Below, in pieces: positions 59,103 through 64,000 of a stretch of DNA of 64,000 nucleotides (its first letter is position 1; every line of letters begins with the position of its first letter). A program made the position numbers and the translations under genes. The notes below the pieces were generated by a model that saw only the letters and a list, made by a program, of their open reading frames with translations, was not told the origin of the DNA and did no database searches. Source of the DNA: Verrucomicrobiota bacterium (GTDB lineage: Bacteria > Verrucomicrobiota > Verrucomicrobiia > Verrucomicrobiales > DEV007). The DNA is taken from assembly GCA_003402735.1 (NCBI GenBank), contig QQNE01000008.1, forward strand, positions 6,859-70,858, in the 5' to 3' direction.

Positions 59103-59369
59103 TCAAGCCACAGAATTCTGGCGGGCCCTGGAAGCCATCCAGTTGGCCCGGTGATTCGTCACCCAATCCATCAGGGCACTGTCGAAATCGACATCATGCC
59201 CCGCTCTCTGGCTCAGGATCCGCTTGTTCTTCAAGATCTCGTCCCGCTCCGCCAAAAACTCTCGATACGAGAACGGCAGCTGGGAACGATCCCCGTTCTG
59301 CAAATCAGGTGGATTTTTCAAGAGAGAACTGGGGCAAAAGTTGGACACAATTATGGGAGACAACCTCAT
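59103..59369 (-). CDS. Small hypothetical protein with a (H/N)K-x-x-x-S-x-x-AG-x-D-(V/I) helix motif
   Basis: 88 aa. The segment ..ERDEILKNKRILSQRAGHDVDFDSALMDWVTNHRANW.. resembles a motif I associate with DUF4032-type domains. That is recollection and is unverified. It lies downstream of the DAK gene on the same strand. Confidence 0.45.
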   Translation of the reverse strand: MRLSPIIVSNFCPSSLLKNPPDLQNGDRSQLPFSYREFLAERDEILKNKRILSQRAGHDVDFDSALMDWVTNHRANWMASRARQNSVA

Positions 59370-59453
59370 TTATTCACAGGTTGTTCGCATTGTCAACATC
59401 CCTTACGTTCCTCTTGCCGCGATCCCGCACCCCACCCACGGGGCCCCTGCAGC

Positions 59454-61160
59454 CTATTGATTCGCGTAATCACGCATCGCCTGAAAAATGATGGCGATGG
59501 AGACCGCCCCGGCATCGGGGTGACCGATGGAGCGTTCTCCCAACGTCTTGGCCCGACCCATGGTGGCGATCAGGTTGCGACTTGCCTCCATCCCGGCTGT
59601 GGCGGCATCCGAGACCGCCTTGAGAGCCTCGGTCAGGGGAAGGGAGACGACTTCCGCCGCGCGGCGCGCCGCCGGGTCGAGGGCATCGAGCATGGTTTTG
59701 TCCCCCGGTTTGGCCCCGCCACGCTGTTGAATCGATTCCACGGCGGCCTGGAGCGAGACCGCCAAGCCGGCTGCATCGAGAACAGAACGGCCCTTCAACT
59801 CCCGACCGGCGGAGCGGAACAACGTCCCGAACACAACGCCCGAGGCTCCTCCCATGGAAGACATCATGGCCCGGCCCATCTCGGTAAAAGGTTCGTCCAC
59901 GGTGGCAAAGCTGCGACCGCCAAGCGCTTCCAAAACGGCTTCCATGCCGCGCTGCATGCCCAGGCCGTGATCGCCATCGCCCAAGGCCCGATCGGCATCG
60001 GTGAGGATCGGTTCGGCCGCGATGATCCGCAAGGCCACCTGCCGCAGCATCTCATGGACTTCGTTGACCCCCAGTCCCGGACCGGAAGGAACCGCCGCCG
60101 CCGCTGGTGCGGGGGCCGACACCGCCACCGCGCCCGGAGTTTCCATCTTGCTGTAGCAAACGGATTCACAAGGCAAATTCCAATACCCCTTCAACTCGGC
60201 ATCAAGCTTGGTGACGCTGAAAGAGAGCCCCGACATCTCCTGACACGTCACGAGCGGTCCGACGATCGTGTCGTAAACCCGGATCCCCCGGGCGTTGAGC
60301 AACTGCTTCGCCTTGCGCAGCGCGATCAGGCACTCCATCATCGTCGTCGCCCCCAGGCTGTTGACGAAGAAGATGATCTCGTCTCCGGCGCGCAGCTCCT
60401 CCACTTCTCCGTCCTCGGTGAAATCCTTGAAGATCAGATCGAGCATCTTCCCCGTGAGATCGTCGGCGGTGGTCATCGGAATCTCCGCGACCCCCGGTTC
60501 TCCGTGAATGCCCATCCCCAACCCGATCTTGTTGGGATCGATGTCAAAGGTCGGTTTCCCGGTGGCCGGGATCGAACCCGGCGACATGGAAACCCCGACG
60601 GAACGGGTGTGGAGAACCGCTTTGAGCGCGATCCGTTCCAGATCCGCCAGACTCTTCACGGTTTGGGAAGCCGCTCCCACGAGCTTCACAATCGGCACCA
60701 GCCCGGCCACGCCACGCCGCTTGCTCTTCGAGGTGGGCGGGGCGGAGCAGACATCGTCCCAAATCAAGACGGTGCGGACATCGATCCCCTCGTCACGCGC
60801 ATCCTCGCTGCCGATGTCAAAATTCATGACATCCCCGGCGTAGTTGCCGTAGAGATAGAGGACACCGTTGCCGCGGTTCACCGCACGGGTAGCTTCCAGG
60901 ACGATGTCGGGGGTCGGGGCGGCAAAAATGTCGCCACAGGCGGCCCCATCCGCCAAGTTGCGCCCCACCAGCCCGTGGTAAATCGGCTCGTGTCCGCTTC
61001 CTCCACCGACGAGCAAAGCCACTTTGCCGTGGGGGATGGAGGTCTTCACGATGGAGCGCCGCCCCACCTTGACGCACTCGCCATCGTAGGCTTCTACCAG
61101 ACCGTCGAGCAATTCGTCGGCCACTTTCAGGGGATCATTTACCAGTTTCTTGTTCAACAT
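59454..61160 (-). CDS. Dihydroxyacetone kinase, fused DhaK-DhaL type
   Basis: 568 aa. VGGGSGHEP is the DhaK motif. An Ala/Pro linker follows, then the DhaL domain with DRALGDGDHG and ..GGASG... Confidence 0.9.
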   Translation of the reverse strand: MLNKKLVNDPLKVADELLDGLVEAYDGECVKVGRRSIVKTSIPHGKVALLVGGGSGHEPIYHGLVGRNLADGAACGDIFAAPTPDIVLEATRAVNRGNGVLYLYGNYAGDVMNFDIGSEDARDEGIDVRTVLIWDDVCSAPPTSKSKRRGVAGLVPIVKLVGAASQTVKSLADLERIALKAVLHTRSVGVSMSPGSIPATGKPTFDIDPNKIGLGMGIHGEPGVAEIPMTTADDLTGKMLDLIFKDFTEDGEVEELRAGDEIIFFVNSLGATTMMECLIALRKAKQLLNARGIRVYDTIVGPLVTCQEMSGLSFSVTKLDAELKGYWNLPCESVCYSKMETPGAVAVSAPAPAAAAVPSGPGLGVNEVHEMLRQVALRIIAAEPILTDADRALGDGDHGLGMQRGMEAVLEALGGRSFATVDEPFTEMGRAMMSSMGGASGVVFGTLFRSAGRELKGRSVLDAAGLAVSLQAAVESIQQRGGAKPGDKTMLDALDPAARRAAEVVSLPLTEALKAVSDAATAGMEASRNLIATMGRAKTLGERSIGHPDAGAVSIAIIFQAMRDYANQ

Positions 61161-61226
61161 GACGATGATGTGGGTGGTGGGATTGAAGAGGGTGTCGGCT
61201 TTGCCAGCAAGTTCTTTCCACTGCGG

Positions 61227-63194
61227 TCAGATGACACGGTCATTGCCGCCATCCACCGGAATTTGTGCGCCCGTGGTTTTGCCGAAGAGCGGACTCGCCA
61301 TCGCAGCCACCATGGCTCCGACATCGCGGGACTTGATCTCGGTTCGCAACAGGTTGCGGGATTTGTATTCCTCCACGGTCATGCCGTAGCGCTCCGCCGA
61401 GCGGGCCAGATTTTCCGGGGTCCAGAGCTTGGTGTCAAAGACTGCGTCGGGATGAATGATGTTGCAGCGCACACCCACCGGTGCCAGTTCCAGGGCGGCG
61501 ACCCGGCAGAGCTGCGTGAGCGCCGCCTTGGCGCACGAGTAACTGGCGGCTCCCGCACCCGGGGCCTGCACGTTGCGCGAGCCCACCAAAACGATGGCCG
61601 GGTCGATCCCGTGCTTGAGGTAGGGAATGGTGTATTTGAGAAGCTTTTGGTGACTCGTCAGGTTCACGGCCATCGATTTGTCCCAGTTCTCCTGAGCCAA
61701 TTGATCGAGATACTGTCCGGCCGTGAAAATGCCGGCATTGCTCACCAAGATGTCAATCCCCCCAAACTCACGGACCGCACCCTCCACGGCCTCGAGCACC
61801 GCCGCGTCGTTGGTCAGGTTCACCACTTTGCCCACCCCGCCCAGGCTCGCCATCCCCGCCACGATCTCCTCGCTCAAATCCAGCCCGATGACTTTGGCTC
61901 CCTGCATCGCGAGCGCCTCGGCGCAGGCAAATCCAATCCCCGCCGCCGAGCCCGTGACCAGTGCCACTTTGCCCTGGTGCACCTTCGCCTGCCCTCCCTT
62001 GCGCAGCTTCGCCTGTTCCAGGTCCCAGTATTCCACCTCAAAGATGTCCTTCTCAGAAAGCGCCTGCCATCCCCCGGTCATCTCCGCCTTCTGCACCGTT
62101 TCCCAGGTCGCCCTCGCGATGTCCAGCACCGCGTCCGCCTCGGCCACGCTGCGGCCGAACGACACCACCCCCTGCCCCGGCCAAATCACCACCCGAGGCG
62201 CCGGATCGAGCATCGTCTGTCCGGTTGCATGCCGCCCAAAATAAGCCGCGTATTCCGCCGCGTAAGCCTCCAGTGAGGCGCGTCGGTCTTCACCCAGCAC
62301 CGCCGGGATGCGCTTCGTCCGGATGCTGTGATCCGGGGTGGCCGGCCCTCTCGTGGCCAAGTCCGAGATGTTCGGGAGCGCCGCGTATCCAACCGCCGCC
62401 TCACTCGCGTCCAACCGGGCGATCATCGCCGCCCCCTGCATCCGGGAGACCTGTCCCCGCAATTCCGCCAAGCCCAACAAATCCGGCGCTCCCGGAGCAA
62501 CGCTGGCCAACCGCGCCCCGGCCGCCGCCAGCGCAGCTTCGGCTTGCGACACCAGATCGATCATGGTCTCGTAACTAGTCCGGGCATCGTCCGCGAACGT
62601 GAAAATTCCGTGATTCATGAGAATGATCCCACGGATCCCCTCCGCGGCCAGATCTCGCCCCCGAATCAACTCCCACACGGTCCGCGCCAGAATGAAGCCC
62701 GGCATCACGTAGGGCACCACCAGCACCGCGCCGCCAAATACCCCGCGAACTCGCTCCTCGCCCCGCGGAGAATTCGTCAACGCGATGATTGCATTCGCGT
62801 GGGTGTGATCCACAAACCGAAACGGAAGAATCGCGTGCAGAATCGCCTCGATCGACGGATTGGGCGCCTCCGGATCGAGCATCGCGGCACGCTGTTGCTT
62901 CACCATGTCCGCATCGGAGAGGTGCGGCATCTCCGCCATCTGCAACAGGGGCTTCATCCGAACCGGAGCGAAGCCTGCCGCCTCGATCGTGGCCAAGTCC
63001 CAACCACTCCCCTTCACATACAAAATCTCGGTGCTCTCGCCGAAAAAATCGGTCTCCCGGACTTTGACCGAGGTGTTGCCGCCCCCATGCAAAACAAGTT
63101 CCGGGTCCGCCCCCAAAAGCCGGGAAGTGTAGACCCGTTTTCCCAAATCACCGGCAAAGCCTTCGGCTTGCGAATCGGACCAGAGTGAACGCAT
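61227..63194 (-). CDS. Bifunctional class II aldolase / short-chain dehydrogenase (rhamnulose-1-phosphate aldolase/alcohol dehydrogenase-like)
   Basis: Track ORF trimmed to ATG 63194 (MRSLWSD..). The N-terminal aldolase-II-like half contains HGGGNTS and FVDHTHA. The C-terminal SDR half has TGSAAGIG and YSCAKAA (YxxxK). Confidence 0.85.
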   Translation of the reverse strand: MRSLWSDSQAEGFAGDLGKRVYTSRLLGADPELVLHGGGNTSVKVRETDFFGESTEILYVKGSGWDLATIEAAGFAPVRMKPLLQMAEMPHLSDADMVKQQRAAMLDPEAPNPSIEAILHAILPFRFVDHTHANAIIALTNSPRGEERVRGVFGGAVLVVPYVMPGFILARTVWELIRGRDLAAEGIRGIILMNHGIFTFADDARTSYETMIDLVSQAEAALAAAGARLASVAPGAPDLLGLAELRGQVSRMQGAAMIARLDASEAAVGYAALPNISDLATRGPATPDHSIRTKRIPAVLGEDRRASLEAYAAEYAAYFGRHATGQTMLDPAPRVVIWPGQGVVSFGRSVAEADAVLDIARATWETVQKAEMTGGWQALSEKDIFEVEYWDLEQAKLRKGGQAKVHQGKVALVTGSAAGIGFACAEALAMQGAKVIGLDLSEEIVAGMASLGGVGKVVNLTNDAAVLEAVEGAVREFGGIDILVSNAGIFTAGQYLDQLAQENWDKSMAVNLTSHQKLLKYTIPYLKHGIDPAIVLVGSRNVQAPGAGAASYSCAKAALTQLCRVAALELAPVGVRCNIIHPDAVFDTKLWTPENLARSAERYGMTVEEYKSRNLLRTEIKSRDVGAMVAAMASPLFGKTTGAQIPVDGGNDRVI

Positions 63195-63258
63195 CCCGGA
63201 TGATGGAGGCAATCCGGCAGGTTTCCAGAGCAAAATCGCACCATTGCCCCACCCGCAC

Positions 63259-64000
63259 TCAATGGGTGCAATGCATCGGCCCGGAAAAGGTTTCGTGTCG
63301 GCGGAACCAGAGAACCTTCCGCAGCCACCATGGGATCGGCTCCGTCAGCCGCTCGTCCCCTGTCACGAAACCGCCGCGGCGCACAAACTCCTGATCTTCC
63401 CCGTAACGGCGATACGTCATCCGGAGGTCCCCGCGGTGCTCACTCACCAGGCGCCGGAGTTCAAAGTAAGGAAAGATCCGCCCCGTATTGGCAAAGTGCT
63501 GCAACCGGGTCGGGCTGCCGGTGGGATCCAGAAGATCGGGCTCGGACGCCACCAACTCCACCAGATCCAACTGATACCCGAACAGATCGATCCGCTCGAG
63601 GAAGAGATGGTTCCCGAACGCTTCGCTGCGCAGATTGCTATACATCGAAAAGCAGGTTTGCGTCTTCAGCCCGATCCAAGGACTCAACCCATTCCCGATC
63701 ACCAGCAACACCACCACCCAAGCCACCGAACCCACCGGGCGGTTCGGCCATTCCATCGGTTCCTCCCGCGCCTGCCACATCGCCGCAAGGTGGGTCCCTC
63801 CCAACCAAACCCCAAACACGGCCCAGAGCCAGAACCCGATCCGGTTCGCCACCTCGAAGGTCTCGCGGGTCCGCCCCAGGACTGTATAACACATCGCCTG
63901 AGACAAAACCCCAACCAAAAAGAGGCCGATCACGATGCGCGGCAGCCAGACCGCCAGGGAAAACCCCGTCCGCTTCTGCAACCACGACAGTTGTCTCTCC
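63259..64000 (-). CDS. HTTM-like polytopic membrane protein (N-terminus beyond the window end)
   Basis: The frame remains open upstream of the track's TTG start to position 64000 (..ERQLSWLQKRTG..). It has TM spans and the SMYSNLRSEAFGNHLF motif I associate with HTTM-domain proteins. It ends ..GPMHCTH*. Confidence 0.5.
   Translation of the reverse strand, partial: ERQLSWLQKRTGFSLAVWLPRIVIGLFLVGVLSQAMCYTVLGRTRETFEVANRIGFWLWAVFGVWLGGTHLAAMWQAREEPMEWPNRPVGSVAWVVVLLVIGNGLSPWIGLKTQTCFSMYSNLRSEAFGNHLFLERIDLFGYQLDLVELVASEPDLLDPTGSPTRLQHFANTGRIFPYFELRRLVSEHRGDLRMTYRRYGEDQEFVRRGGFVTGDERLTEPIPWWLRKVLWFRRHETFSGPMHCTH

Overview
High-GC (AT-poor), densely coding chromosomal segment with about 45 protein-coding genes. 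I found no rRNA, tRNA, CRISPR array, transposase or integrase. The gene content looks like the PVC superphylum (Verrucomicrobiota or Planctomycetota). The evidence is a PSCyt/DUF1549/DUF1553 plus DUF1501 gene pair, a sulfatase, sialidase/BNR and FG-GAP proteins, TAT-signal sugar-phosphate isomerase, and proteins with prepilin-type N-termini.

Housekeeping genes:
- A Ser/Thr kinase that runs off the left edge.
- sufT plus a NifU/IscU-like scaffold, then clpB.
- A translationally coupled ROK-kinase / ppk1 / PfkB-kinase operon.
- argG, treZ, a ParA-like ATPase and a SWIM-SNF2 helicase.
- A dihydroxyacetone kinase plus a bifunctional aldolase/SDR.

Accessory blocks:
- A His-rich permease/DUF1980 pair.
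- An operon of a YHYH protein and an MbnP-like domain fused to a di-haem cytochrome c peroxidase.
- A sialidase / RraA-like / AraR-type regulator / FG-GAP-BNR locus with shared palindromic operator candidates.
- A DUF1399-like / TIGR04222 pair downstream of an intergenic hexanucleotide microsatellite.

The most unusual region is 40.2-52.4 kb. It contains an atypical pseudopilin-like gene and a secreted acidic protein with an (Asp)10-(Gly-Asn)8 tail. These are divergent, across a 26% G+C island, from a 1440-aa propeller/Y_Y_Y/GAF hybrid histidine kinase. Next comes a 2222-aa protein with a type IV prepilin-like N-terminus, about 20 tandem ~92-aa repeats and a distinct C-terminal domain. No pilus or T2SS assembly genes are in the window.

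All functional calls come from motif recognition by eye. No database search was run. Start codons trimmed from the ORF track are predictions.
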